This document shows positions 27,009 to 36,441 of a DNA stretch of 64,000 nt, piece after piece. Origin of the DNA: a virus; IMG/VR virus record IMGVR_UViG_3300014039_000036, positions 1,904 to 65,903 of that record; one strand, 5' to 3'. A model generated the notes under the pieces. That model made no database searches, had not been told where the DNA came from, and worked only from the letters and a program-made list of their open reading frames with translations. The position numbers and the translations under genes were made by a program. Position 1 is the stretch's first letter. Every line of letters begins with the position of its first letter.

Positions 27009-29480
27009 TCAGTTGGGGATGGCGACCACCACGGGAACCGTGATGGAGGTGTTCTTCTTGGCCCAGATGTACACCTTTCCGGACGCGCTCTCCGCTATCG
27101 GAGCGTAGTCCCCGCTCGTGGCCTGCGCCATGTCGAAGGTGACCTGCGGCACATGGGACGCCGTGCATCCCGAGACCGTGATCGTCCCCTTGTAGGCGTA
27201 TCCCGTGTACGTGCTGTCCGATGCCCATGTCACGGATGCCGATGTGACGATGATGGGCTTCTTGGCGTAGGTGGTCGTGATGGTGTTCCCGCTTCCGTCC
27301 GCGGTGGCCTTGTCTGCAGTCGTTGCGGATGCCGCCTTGCCTGTAGAGGACAGCGCACCCACATCCGAAGCGGAGAGGGATATGTTCGCGCTCAGGGCCT
27401 TGCCGTTGACCGTCCTCGTGGTGGGGACCGCACCCACATCCGAGGCCGTGAGGCTGATATTCGAAGACAGGGCGTTGCCGTTGACGGTACGGGATGTGGG
27501 GACGTATCCGCTCAGAGAGGGTATATCGGAATACAGAGCGAGGTTGTTCCCGTTCCATGTCGGGCGGGTCTGCTCGCCTCTCAGAAGCGTGTTGTAGTTG
27601 CTCGACCCGATGACGAGGTCCGAGGTGCTGGAGAATCCCAGCAACGTGGCGGTGCTGGAGTCGGTGATCTGCCCCTCGTTCGTGTTGTCGAGCATGATCT
27701 TCCCGACTCCCGCCTGATCGCCCCCGGTGACCTTCAGAGGAGCGGTGAGCGTGCCGCCCTGCTTGATGTAGGTGCTCGATATGACGTTCCCGTCCCTGTC
27801 CTGGGTCGCCTTCGTGGCGCTGGTGGCGCTGGTGGCGTTCCCGGAGAACGTCTTGGCGGTGATGGTGCCGGTATTCGGGTTGGCGTAGATCTGATTGTTG
27901 AGGATGGCGGTGTTCGCGCCTCTGGATGACGTGGACGATATCCCGCTCGTGGAGGTCATCAGCAGAGGGTAGGAGTCGTTCGTGGTCGAGTACCTCTGCG
28001 TGACCTTGGTGTCGGTGTTGTTGTCCGAAGGGAGCGTCACCGTCTTGGTGTTGATCTTCGTCACGTGTCCGTTGGAATCCCTGGTGATGCTGTCCACCGC
28101 GGTGAACGTTCCCCCATGGCTCGGGGACGCGACGGACGTGGTGTCCGTGCCCGTGGTGATGGACGGGTGCGCCGTCAGATAGCCCGCATCGTTGGTGAAC
28201 GAGCTGACCTTGGTGGGAACCGTGGGTATGGTGGGCTTTCCCGACAGGTCGGAGTACTTCCCGCTGGTGGCGACCGTGGCGAGAGAGGACGTCTTGGCGT
28301 ATGCGGAGAGGTCGGTGGCGGTGGTGCCTATCTTCTCCCATGCGTTGTTGGCACGCACGTACTCGTCGTAGACGTTGTTCGTCGCCGCGGTGGACGACTT
28401 CACCAGATAGATGGTGCTGGTGCTGATGCCCGTCGTAGGGAGGGCGGTCACCACGGACAGCGTGAGCTTCGCGGAGACGAGGCTGTTGACCTCCGCCTTG
28501 GTGTACGTGTTGCTCGTCGTATAGTAGTTGGTCAGGTCGGAGACCGCCTTGGTTATGAACGCGCTGTCATTGGTCAGCTCGGAGACCTTGGTGGGCACCG
28601 TGATGTTCGCGGTGACGTTCGACGAGGAGTTGGCGGTGAAGGACTTCACCGTGGTGCCGTTCCTCTGGATGGTCAGCGTCCCGTTGTTCACCGTCGGGAT
28701 GGTCGGAGTCCCGGTCAGGTCGGAGTACTTCCCGCTGGTGGCGACCGTGGCGAGATCCGCGCTCTTGGCATAGGTGCTCGATATGACGTTCCCGTCCCCG
28801 TCGGCGGATGCCGCGGCGGCGGTGTCCCCCTCCGCGACGACCGCCTTCCCGTTGCTGTACAGCCTGTCGTCGTCGCCTATGTAGACCTTGGCGTTGGAGT
28901 ACGTCGTCGCGCTGGCGGCCTGCGACACCGCTCCTGCGAGGAACAGCTTGGTGGACGCCTTCTGCGACGTCCCGGCGGTGTTCTTCGTATCGGTGTCCTT
29001 CTGGTACAGGGTCGTGGTCGCGCCGTTGACGGTGATCTCCGCGACCTTGGTCCCGGAGGTCTGCGATGCCGTGACGGACACGGAGTCGGCGGACTCGGTG
29101 ATGCCGTCCAGCTTCTTCTTGTCGGCCGCGCTCATGAGTCCCGCCGCGGTCGTCGAGGCGACGGACTTGGGGGCCTTGGCGTCCAATGCCTCCTTGACGG
29201 CCTTGTTCTGCACAGGGTTGGCGCTCGTCGCGCTCAGCTCCGCATCCACGTCTACGTGGTAGTCCACGCGCTCCCACGCATAGGCCCCTTCGGCCTGAGG
29301 GACGCACCGGTATATCGCACCCGGGGTGTACGTCCCTGCGGCCCCCGTGAAGAGGACCGCGGCGCCTCCGAGCTTGGCGGAGGCGTCGGGCATGGAGTCG
29401 ACGATGCCGATCATGCGCCCGTTGGACGCCTTCACGACACCTTTGACATCGATGCCCTGGTAGAATGTGACGCTTGTCAT
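27009..29480 (-). CDS. Fibre protein C
   Basis: LATVATSGKYSDL x2, VPTSRTVNGxALSxNISLxASDVGA x2; C-terminal module homologous to fibre A. Confidence 0.75.
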   Translation of the reverse strand: MTSVTFYQGIDVKGVVKASNGRMIGIVDSMPDASAKLGGAAVLFTGAAGTYTPGAIYRCVPQAEGAYAWERVDYHVDVDAELSATSANPVQNKAVKEALDAKAPKSVASTTAAGLMSAADKKKLDGITESADSVSVTASQTSGTKVAEITVNGATTTLYQKDTDTKNTAGTSQKASTKLFLAGAVSQAASATTYSNAKVYIGDDDRLYSNGKAVVAEGDTAAAASADGDGNVISSTYAKSADLATVATSGKYSDLTGTPTIPTVNNGTLTIQRNGTTVKSFTANSSSNVTANITVPTKVSELTNDSAFITKAVSDLTNYYTTSNTYTKAEVNSLVSAKLTLSVVTALPTTGISTSTIYLVKSSTAATNNVYDEYVRANNAWEKIGTTATDLSAYAKTSSLATVATSGKYSDLSGKPTIPTVPTKVSSFTNDAGYLTAHPSITTGTDTTSVASPSHGGTFTAVDSITRDSNGHVTKINTKTVTLPSDNNTDTKVTQRYSTTNDSYPLLMTSTSGISSTSSRGANTAILNNQIYANPNTGTITAKTFSGNATSATSATKATQDRDGNVISSTYIKQGGTLTAPLKVTGGDQAGVGKIMLDNTNEGQITDSSTATLLGFSSTSDLVIGSSNYNTLLRGEQTRPTWNGNNLALYSDIPSLSGYVPTSRTVNGNALSSNISLTASDVGAVPTTRTVNGKALSANISLSASDVGALSSTGKAASATTADKATADGSGNTITTTYAKKPIIVTSASVTWASDSTYTGYAYKGTITVSGCTASHVPQVTFDMAQATSGDYAPIAESASGKVYIWAKKNTSITVPVVVAIPN

Positions 29481-29556
29481 GTTTCACTCCCGCGATGCCA
29501 TAGGTGCGGAGAGATTAAAAGACAGCGTGACAGGCGGGCTATGCCCGCCTTGTTTT

Positions 29557-29991
29557 TCAGATGACGCTCTCGGGATAGTTCGGAACATTCTCCGGGTAGC
29601 CCTTCGCGTTCTTGGTCGCTTCGACGGCCTTGCAGTAGTCATCGATGGCCTTGAGCTTCGCAGTATTGGCTTCGACATCGACGTTCAGACGGATGTTCCT
29701 CTCCGCCTTGGCACGCTCTCCATCGGTCCTTTCATAGAGGATGGTACGCATCATGGTCTGAAGACCGTCATTCCATGCATCGAATGACACTGCGGGAGCG
29801 GATGCGCGGATGGCGTCGTACTCGGTGCGTGTGAGGACATCCTCGGTGTACTCCCAGAACTCGGAGGTCCTTCCATCCTCCTCGACGGATCTACGGACGA
29901 TATCTCCGCGGATGTAGACCGAATCCCCGTTGATCTCGATATTGGCAGGCTTGACCGCCTGCGTTCCTCTGACTGTTCCGTTGTGTATCAT
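29557..29991 (-). CDS. Fibre-associated/chaperone-like protein
   Basis: VYIRGDI...WEYTEDVLTRTEY pattern; sits just upstream of fibre C in transcription order. Confidence 0.5.
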   Translation of the reverse strand: MIHNGTVRGTQAVKPANIEINGDSVYIRGDIVRRSVEEDGRTSEFWEYTEDVLTRTEYDAIRASAPAVSFDAWNDGLQTMMRTILYERTDGERAKAERNIRLNVDVEANTAKLKAIDDYCKAVEATKNAKGYPENVPNYPESVI

Positions 29992-31030
29992 GAAGAAGCA
30001 CCAGTCCGCAGATAACCTGCTCGTAATTTAAATGTCTCAGTCTGCAACCGTCGCACCAGCTCGCCATGCCGTCGTAGGAGCAGGCGGATGCCAGGTCGTG
30101 CGTGCTCGGTTCGCAACACCCGCACAACAACCCGATGATGCGCCTACAGACCCTCTTGTACCTGATCTTGTTCCTCTTGCGCATAGCCACATGGTCGGGC
30201 CGATGCACATAGCCGACGAAATCAAGTCCTGTATCGATAGGAGCGATGCGCCAGTTGCCTTTGAGCTTCAGCCCGTACTCCGATTCCAGCTTCGCCTTGA
30301 CGGAGAAGTGAATGCGCCTCAGAAGGTTCTTGTCGGACGACAGGAACACCATGTCATCCATGTAACGGTAGTAGTATCCCATGCGGAGCACCTCCTTCAC
30401 CCAATGATCGAAATAGGTGAGCATGAACGATGAGAATATCTGACTGGAGTACATCCCGATTGGAAGGCCTCTGCGACCCGGTGCATCGAAGATGAATGTA
30501 TGGATCAGGTCCAGTGCATCCCGATCCTTGATCTTGCGCTTGACGAGTTCGAACAGCTTCTTCCGGGGGATGTTGTCGAAGTACTTCGAGATATCCTCCT
30601 TAAGGTAGTATTTCGTACCCTCCGGATCGGAATAGATGTCATTGCGGACCTGCATGGAGCACATGTGCGTGCCTTTGCCCTTCTGCGCCGCATAGGAATC
30701 GCGGATACTGGTGCCGAGCAGAATAGGTCCGATCACCTGCAGCACAGCATGCTGCACCACTCTGTCAGGGTAGGTGATGGTGTAACAGAGGTGCCTCTTC
30801 TTCCCGCGTTCGAAGATATCGCGGGTTCTGAACTTGGAGAAACGGAAAGATTTGGTGCTGATGATCCTATGGATCTCTTCGGCGCACTTCAGTTTGTTCT
30901 CCAGCATCTATTCGACTTGCGGATCCTTGGAATGGCCCTTGGCGGCGTTGTCGATGGCCTCCATGATGTTGCCTCTCTCCAGGATGCACTCGAACAGCGT
31001 CTTTCCATCGATGTGTCCTATTCTCTTCAT
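29936..31030 (-). CDS. DGR reverse transcriptase (in-frame TAG at 30908-30910)
   Basis: MKRIG N-terminus typical of DGR RTs, YPDRVVQHA, LKEDISKYF, LPIGMYSSQ, YYRYMDD, LDFVGY. First in-frame CGA at 29936-29938 (standard-code stop 29891). Confidence 0.9.
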
Positions 31031-31191
31031 GTGGCTCTCCTTTTGTGCACCGCGTCCTCTTCCTTCGCCCTCTCGGGAGTACCAAGGCCGTATCGGTGCG
31101 GTGTCGGCTCGTTCGTCCGACCGTGATTTTTCAGCAAGAGCTGAGGCTGCATAGATTCCCCCAGGGTTTCGAAGAAAAACTGGAGCGTGAT

Positions 31192-31338
31192 GTAGGATAG
31201 CCGCGACCCGGTGTTCGAATTCGTGTTCGACGCACTATAGTTGAAGTTCGCATTGAAGGGACCTGCATTGTCACCGTTGTTGTAGTTGCCTCCGACATAC
31301 GGGAAATTCGAGGAGTTGACATTCCCATTGTCGGCGAA
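31192..31338 (-). ncRNA. DGR template repeat (TR)
   Basis: 147-nt near copy of the VR, rich in AAC/AAT codons; 20 mismatches to VR all at TR adenines, plus one terminal C/T. Confidence 0.95.
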
Positions 31339-31462
31339 CGGTGCACAAGCAGTCGATTCCATGTCGCACTCGCAATGTCGCAATATACTATGCCGCCTGC
31401 AGAATACTACGTATTCTGCAGATTCGGTGAATGTGAGAAGATATAAAAGGGTTTGGTAAGGC

Positions 31463-31520
31463 GGGGGCTGCGCCCCCTGTTTGCGCCCGGCGCCTCCGGC
31501 TACCCGGGCGCGGGGTTGCG
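31463..31520 (-). promoter_or_regulatory. GC hairpins downstream of VR (DGR target-recognition hairpin candidate)
   Basis: On the minus strand GGGGGC-GCA-GCCCCC (31463-31477) and a GCGCCCGG...CCGGGCGC stem just after the target stop. Confidence 0.6.
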
Positions 31521-31526
31521 GGCGTT

Positions 31527-32981
31527 TCAGAGCCGATAGGAGAGCCGCGACCCGGCGTCCGAATACGTGCTCGACGCACTACAGCTGAAGTCCGCATAGA
31601 AGGGACCTGCACTGTCACCGCTGCCGTAGCTGCCTCCGACAAACGGGAAACGCGAGGAGTGGACATACCCATAGTCGGCGAAATACGTCGTGCCCGAACC
31701 TTTGTCGCCTGCGGGAAAGAACCCCGCATCCGTGGTCCCGACGACCTTATCGATGTATCCGTTCAGGCCGGATGATAGCGATGGCGAAAGCGACGTCTTG
31801 TCGAAATCGGAATCCGTCACCGACGAATATCCCGTGCAGGTCATGAGTCTACGCGAGAAATCCGTCTTCGCGCCTCCGACGAACTGATACATATTGCCCC
31901 AGAGGTTCTGGATCCAGAAGAACGCCATCTGCGTGGTTCCGCTCGTTCCCGGAGTGCCGTACATCCCGTAGTCGTTGGTGAACGTCAATGCGGTCTCGCT
32001 CTGCACGCTCGAACCGCTGACGTAACCGGACGCCATGGCGGTCTGCAGATCGGTGCTCTTGTACAGGAGGGTCGCAAGCGCAGTCAGATAGGTCCACTGG
32101 TACCAGGTCATGATGTCGTAGCCTGTTCCACGGTTCTTGGCGTAGGTGATGAAGTTCGTGATCGATTTGTTGACGGTCGGAACCACGCCCCCTATGGAAT
32201 ATAGATCGGACTCGGAATCTACATCATGATATGCGGCGAAGCACCCCACTCTGAAATGCCCCACATGGTTGCTTCCGACGCTTCCGGCGTAATCCTTCCA
32301 GGTGTCGTCGATTTGCGTATTCGAAAAAGCGCAGTCGATGTTCGTGCCGTCGTTGGTCATCTTCATCCACCACGTGGGGACGTAGGTCATGACATCGGTC
32401 CACAGACCACCCCTGTTTGAATCGAAATAACCTACATTGGCGGATCTCTTATCATCTACGTCTTCGAATACACCCGGGCCGCGCCCGCTATCGGCGGTCT
32501 GCCTCTTTATCCCCGATATCAGCTCGCACCCCGCCCAGTCGTTCATGCAGCTCGCACCGGTACCCGATGCGGGAGTCTTGCCGTAGGCGAGATTGGTCTT
32601 TCCGAAGATGGTCTCCGGATAGGTGACCCTGGCTGCGGGATCGGCGGTGTTCACGGCGATGCGGAAGCCGTATACGCTCTGCTTCGCTTCGATGGTCAGT
32701 GCGACGGAGTACTGCTCGCCGTCCACCACGGTCTGCGTCTTGGAAGAGGTCTTGTAGGAGCTGCTCGGGAGATCGACGGAGAACGTCCACGTGCCTGCGG
32801 GCAGGCTGAACGCCACGCTCGTCGCTCCGGAAGGTATCGTCTTGGTCTGCGTCGTCTGCCCCGATGCCTTCGCGGTGACGGTGCGACCCGCCACGGACAC
32901 GCCTTCGGGAGCCGTGACGGACACGGAGACGATGCCCTGCTCCGCCGCCTTGAAGACGAAGGAGTTCGTGGAGCCTTTCAT
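31527..32981 (-). CDS. DGR target protein: Ig/PKD-like N-terminus plus C-type-lectin (FGE-like) receptor-binding domain
   Basis: IQNLWGNMYQFVGG, VGGSY..G..AGPF, GSRL C-terminal CLec signature; carries the VR. Confidence 0.88.
   Translation of the reverse strand: MKGSTNSFVFKAAEQGIVSVSVTAPEGVSVAGRTVTAKASGQTTQTKTIPSGATSVAFSLPAGTWTFSVDLPSSSYKTSSKTQTVVDGEQYSVALTIEAKQSVYGFRIAVNTADPAARVTYPETIFGKTNLAYGKTPASGTGASCMNDWAGCELISGIKRQTADSGRGPGVFEDVDDKRSANVGYFDSNRGGLWTDVMTYVPTWWMKMTNDGTNIDCAFSNTQIDDTWKDYAGSVGSNHVGHFRVGCFAAYHDVDSESDLYSIGGVVPTVNKSITNFITYAKNRGTGYDIMTWYQWTYLTALATLLYKSTDLQTAMASGYVSGSSVQSETALTFTNDYGMYGTPGTSGTTQMAFFWIQNLWGNMYQFVGGAKTDFSRRLMTCTGYSSVTDSDFDKTSLSPSLSSGLNGYIDKVVGTTDAGFFPAGDKGSGTTYFADYGYVHSSRFPFVGGSYGSGDSAGPFYADFSCSASSTYSDAGSRLSYRL
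31536..31682 (-). repeat. DGR variable repeat (VR)
   Basis: 3' end of the target gene; aligns to the TR without gaps. Confidence 0.95.
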
Positions 32982-33209
32982 AGCGGTGCCCTCCGAGTAC
33001 ACGTACGGCTAGCCGTATTTACTTCCATTTCTGCAATCGTCGTCATATCTGTCATACCCATCGGCAGCTCCTTCGGGCCCCCGAACACGTCGGAAACGCG
33101 TTCCGGAGCCTCTATACCGACCTGAATCCGTCGTGGACATATAAAGCTCATGCCATAGGAGAGGCTTCGGAGGAGCTCCCCGGGCGAGCGCATCTGCGCA
33201 AGCTACGGG

Positions 33210-33259
33210 TACCCGTGTATGTACTACAGGAGATGTGTTCTGATGAGCAAAGGTACGAC
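33210..33259 (+). repeat. Left arm of a 50-bp inverted repeat (partner 35886-35935)
   Basis: TACCCGTGTATGTACTACAGGAG is a perfect 23-bp match; 45/50 overall. Confidence 0.85.
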
Positions 33260-34115
33260 CAATTCAGCTCAGAAGACCGAGTACACTGCCGGGTCGGGAA
33301 TCAACATCTCGGGGAATGTGATCTCTGCGCCCTATGCTCCGACGACCGCCGGAGAAGAGGGTCAGGTCTATACAAGTGATGGTTCCGGTACAGGCGTATG
33401 GAAGACGCCAGATTCGGGTGGTAATGGCAAAGTAAGCGTGGAAGAATACGGACCGATTGAGACTTGTGATTATTTATCAGTAAAACCACTAATAGTGACA
33501 TTTGGGGACGTTTATGTTTCTGATAGCAACATATCAACTATTTCAGATTTATTTGGCAGCTCATATAGCCTTAAATTGTACACACCTAGTACAGGTTCAA
33601 AATCAATAACAAATAGTTCTATATATTTTGATACGACTCAAAATAAGATGTGCAGAGTAGACAATGTATCTCAGAATTTAACAAAGAGACATGTTATGAC
33701 TTTTAGTGGATCTAACATGTATGTGGCGTGCAATAGTTATGGTATTTCGAATAATGCAATTCCGTCAATCATAACAGCGATAAATAACTCTTCTTATTTT
33801 TCATACCAGGACGAATCTATATCCCATGCCGCTGGAAAAAAGTTCTATCTTGCAACTAAATCTTTTTCAATTGTATTTTCATTAAAGGCATATTCAACCT
33901 CAGGGAGCGGGGTTGATATTCTAAGTGAAACATACACTTTTTCTACTTCAGCTGATTTCTCTAGCCAAATAGCAGGTCAGACCTTGGAACTATACCCTGT
34001 TTATGATGAGACTGTAGTAGATATCACATATAAGCTTACAGGAGCCCCGATGTCACATACATATATAAATAATACAATACCAACTTCATATAAAAAAATC
34101 ATAGATCTAACATAA
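33243..34115 (+). CDS. AT-rich putative fibre-tip/receptor-binding protein 1
   Basis: MSKGTTNSAQKTEYTAGSGINISGNVIS fibre-like N-terminus; Ser/Thr/Tyr-rich, low-GC body. Confidence 0.65.
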   Translation: MSKGTTNSAQKTEYTAGSGINISGNVISAPYAPTTAGEEGQVYTSDGSGTGVWKTPDSGGNGKVSVEEYGPIETCDYLSVKPLIVTFGDVYVSDSNISTISDLFGSSYSLKLYTPSTGSKSITNSSIYFDTTQNKMCRVDNVSQNLTKRHVMTFSGSNMYVACNSYGISNNAIPSIITAINNSSYFSYQDESISHAAGKKFYLATKSFSIVFSLKAYSTSGSGVDILSETYTFSTSADFSSQIAGQTLELYPVYDETVVDITYKLTGAPMSHTYINNTIPTSYKKIIDLT

Positions 34116-34125
34116 ATTAAAGAAA

Positions 34126-34182
34126 GCGCGCAGAGGCATCGTACTCTCCCACTCTGAGAGCAGGGTTGCGACCCTCTGCGCT
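34126..34182. terminator. Hairpin downstream of 33243-34115, in the gap before the convergent gene
   Basis: GCGCAGAGG...CCTCTGCGC stem. Confidence 0.45.
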
Positions 34183-34459
34183 TAACTGCAATAATCGATA
34201 GGCTGTGGCCCTATATCAGATTATCCCCGACGACCGCCATCCGAAGATTTCATATGAACTCCGTGCATCCTAGTTTCATGAGTCCGATCGGTCACGAGTG
34301 CAGCCTGCGGATAGCGGATGACGATGGCGGAGTGAAGGAGTTGGGAAAAGGAACATTGGACTGGGCCTTCGAGAAGATAGGCGGTTATGGGATCCAGCAT
34401 AAGCTGGAGATAACCGTGAAGGTGAAGAGGTAAGGGATTTATGAGGTGTATATTTGATT

Positions 34460-35147
34460 TTAGATAGAGATGATTCTAGTATAGGACGATGGAATCGTCT
34501 TATCAATAGAAGGTGCATTGACTAATATAGCATGGTTTGAACGAAATATTTGATTCAATTTTAATGCACCATTGTTTATTTCGAATCCCTGAGAGGAAGC
34601 ACGATGAATGTAAAACGAGGAAAGACTCTGTATTGTACCGATTCCAGTTTCTGCATCAATATTACAGTATATACTACACTCTATAACAAGATCTTCATAA
34701 CTAAAATACAAATCCTGTGATGTATCAGAGGAATTCAGTGTAGTTAAATGTTTATCAATAAGTTGCATTATCTTCTGCCCAATTAAAGCTGACTCTAAAC
34801 TAGTTTTAAAAAAAGAATAATTTGTAATATTGGTACTACGTATCGAGTATGCTAGTTCAATGGCGTTTGATAAAATATACGGGTGATAATATTTTATACA
34901 CTGTTTTATTTTATGAGTACTCGAATCATAATATATGCCGTTTGTCTCTGTTATAGTTGAATCACTAGGCTGTATAATATAGTACAATTTATTATTTAAA
35001 TCAGATGAAACAGATAACGTATCTGCTCTAGCAGTAGAATCAAAAGACACATTTAGATATTCCATTATATCTGCTGCTGTAGGGCTGTAGTATTCCACTA
35101 CAATCTCATCCCCCCCCCCCTTGGGCGTTCGTCGTACCTTTTGCCAT
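34460..35147 (-). CDS. AT-rich tip protein 2, frameshifted at a G11 tract (phase-OFF or pseudogene)
   Basis: ATG 35147 (MAKGTTNAQ) then G11 gives TGA; G10 or G13 would join it to ORF 34460-35098. Confidence 0.6.
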
Positions 35148-35197
35148 TTCAGATCACCTTCTCAATTGAAGCATCCATTTCACTCACCGAATCTGAT

Positions 35198-35902
35198 TTA
35201 ATCTAGCCACATCCTTGTAGGCAGATTGGTATAATTTTGATTAGCAGATGACGAGATATATCTGCTTGAAATCCCCTCTGAAATAGTTTTTGTATATGAC
35301 CATTCTCCATTTTCATTTGAAGATATGGTGCAAGACCCTATTTTTTTAGAAGAATAAGAAATCAAATTCTCCCCTGTGACTGAATTTGATACGTCTCCGT
35401 AATAATCAACCATGATGTTCATGCTCATGGTTTGAGCCCCATACGCCATAGGTAATGACATGATCTTTGTTCCAATCACACTATCAAATTGAGACGACAA
35501 TTCCTCTGTTGAAATTGAAGTGATCGGCGTGTAATACATAGATTTAGAAGTCTCAGACCAGTCCATAGAATAGTATACGATATATGAAGGATAATCTATT
35601 GTAATTTTTGAATTAGAATATGCTAAATAGGGTCTATTTATATAAATACGATATGACTTGTCTGTGTATTTTACAGAAGTCCTATAATAACACTCTTTCT
35701 TAGATGAACCTGAGGTGATATTGCATGCAGGGTATATCATTCCTCCAAGAGTCGTACTGTCTGAAGCAGTCGTCACACCCTTAGTTACTTCATTCGAAAA
35801 AGATCCTGCAGTGCAGGATATCACTCCGTTCGATATGGATATCCCCTCACCTGCCGTATACTCTATGCCCTTCTGAGAAGCATTCGTCATACCATTGCTC
35901 AT
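35198..35902 (-). CDS. AT-rich tip protein 3
   Basis: MSNGMTNASQKGIEYTAGEGISISNGVIS N-terminus paralogous to tip 1; TATA-like TTATATAT upstream at about 35953-35960. Confidence 0.65.
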   Translation of the reverse strand: MSNGMTNASQKGIEYTAGEGISISNGVISCTAGSFSNEVTKGVTTASDSTTLGGMIYPACNITSGSSKKECYYRTSVKYTDKSYRIYINRPYLAYSNSKITIDYPSYIVYYSMDWSETSKSMYYTPITSISTEELSSQFDSVIGTKIMSLPMAYGAQTMSMNIMVDYYGDVSNSVTGENLISYSSKKIGSCTISSNENGEWSYTKTISEGISSRYISSSANQNYTNLPTRMWLD

Positions 35903-35935
35903 CAAAACACGCCTCCTGTAGTACATACACGGGTA
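35886..35935 (-). repeat. Right arm of the 50-bp inverted repeat
   Basis: Reverse complement of 33210-33259. Confidence 0.85.
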
Positions 35936-36076
35936 GTCGATGTTTACAAGGGATATATAAAGAATCGAAGGATTCCCGACATTCCAGGAGATCATAGAAG
36001 GAAAGAGGTTTCAGGACCTCCGGGAGGCTTCATCTCCTCCTCCGGTCCTTCGTTCGAACGCTGTTCCCGAGTCCCC

Positions 36077-36283
36077 TCGCAGCTCCTCGTCGACCTCCGT
36101 GCGGACCTTCTCCGGGGTCCTTATCGGAAAGTGCTTCCGAGGCCTTCCGGGCGGGTTGCCCGTGTGCCTGTACCTCCAGACCTTGCTCCTGCATGCCGAC
36201 AGGTGCTTGCCTTGTCCGGCCCGACTGTAATTGTCCAGAGGGCAATTGCAGAAGGGACATCTTTCGTTCCCTCCTCCATTCAT
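36077..36283 (-). CDS. Small Zn-finger/AT-hook-like protein
   Basis: CPFC...HLSAC and PGRPRK; CGA at 36077-36079 (standard code: 36011). Confidence 0.45.
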
Positions 36284-36441
36284 GGATGAACATCGCGTCC
36301 GGGCACCCTAAAGGTATCCCTCCTCCGGGCACGACTCGGCATCATGTATCGGAATGTACGTATTTGAGCATTTTCAAGGGTTCCGATATACCCTGTCGAC
36401 TCCCATATCCAACCGTCCGAGAAGGACAGGAGGCGAACACC

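Noticed and set aside
31027-31383. 118-aa ORF over the TR as a possible avd
   Set aside because: It is simply the TR read in the VR frame (Asn-rich), with no four-helix Avd features.
1243-31544. CGG also acting as stop
   Set aside because: CGG occurs inside conserved coding regions (dUTPase, wHTH, intein, SNF2, and the GSRL motif of the DGR target).
34254-34433. 59-aa plus-strand ORF (MNSVHPSF...)
   Set aside because: No RBS or motif; cannot be supported.
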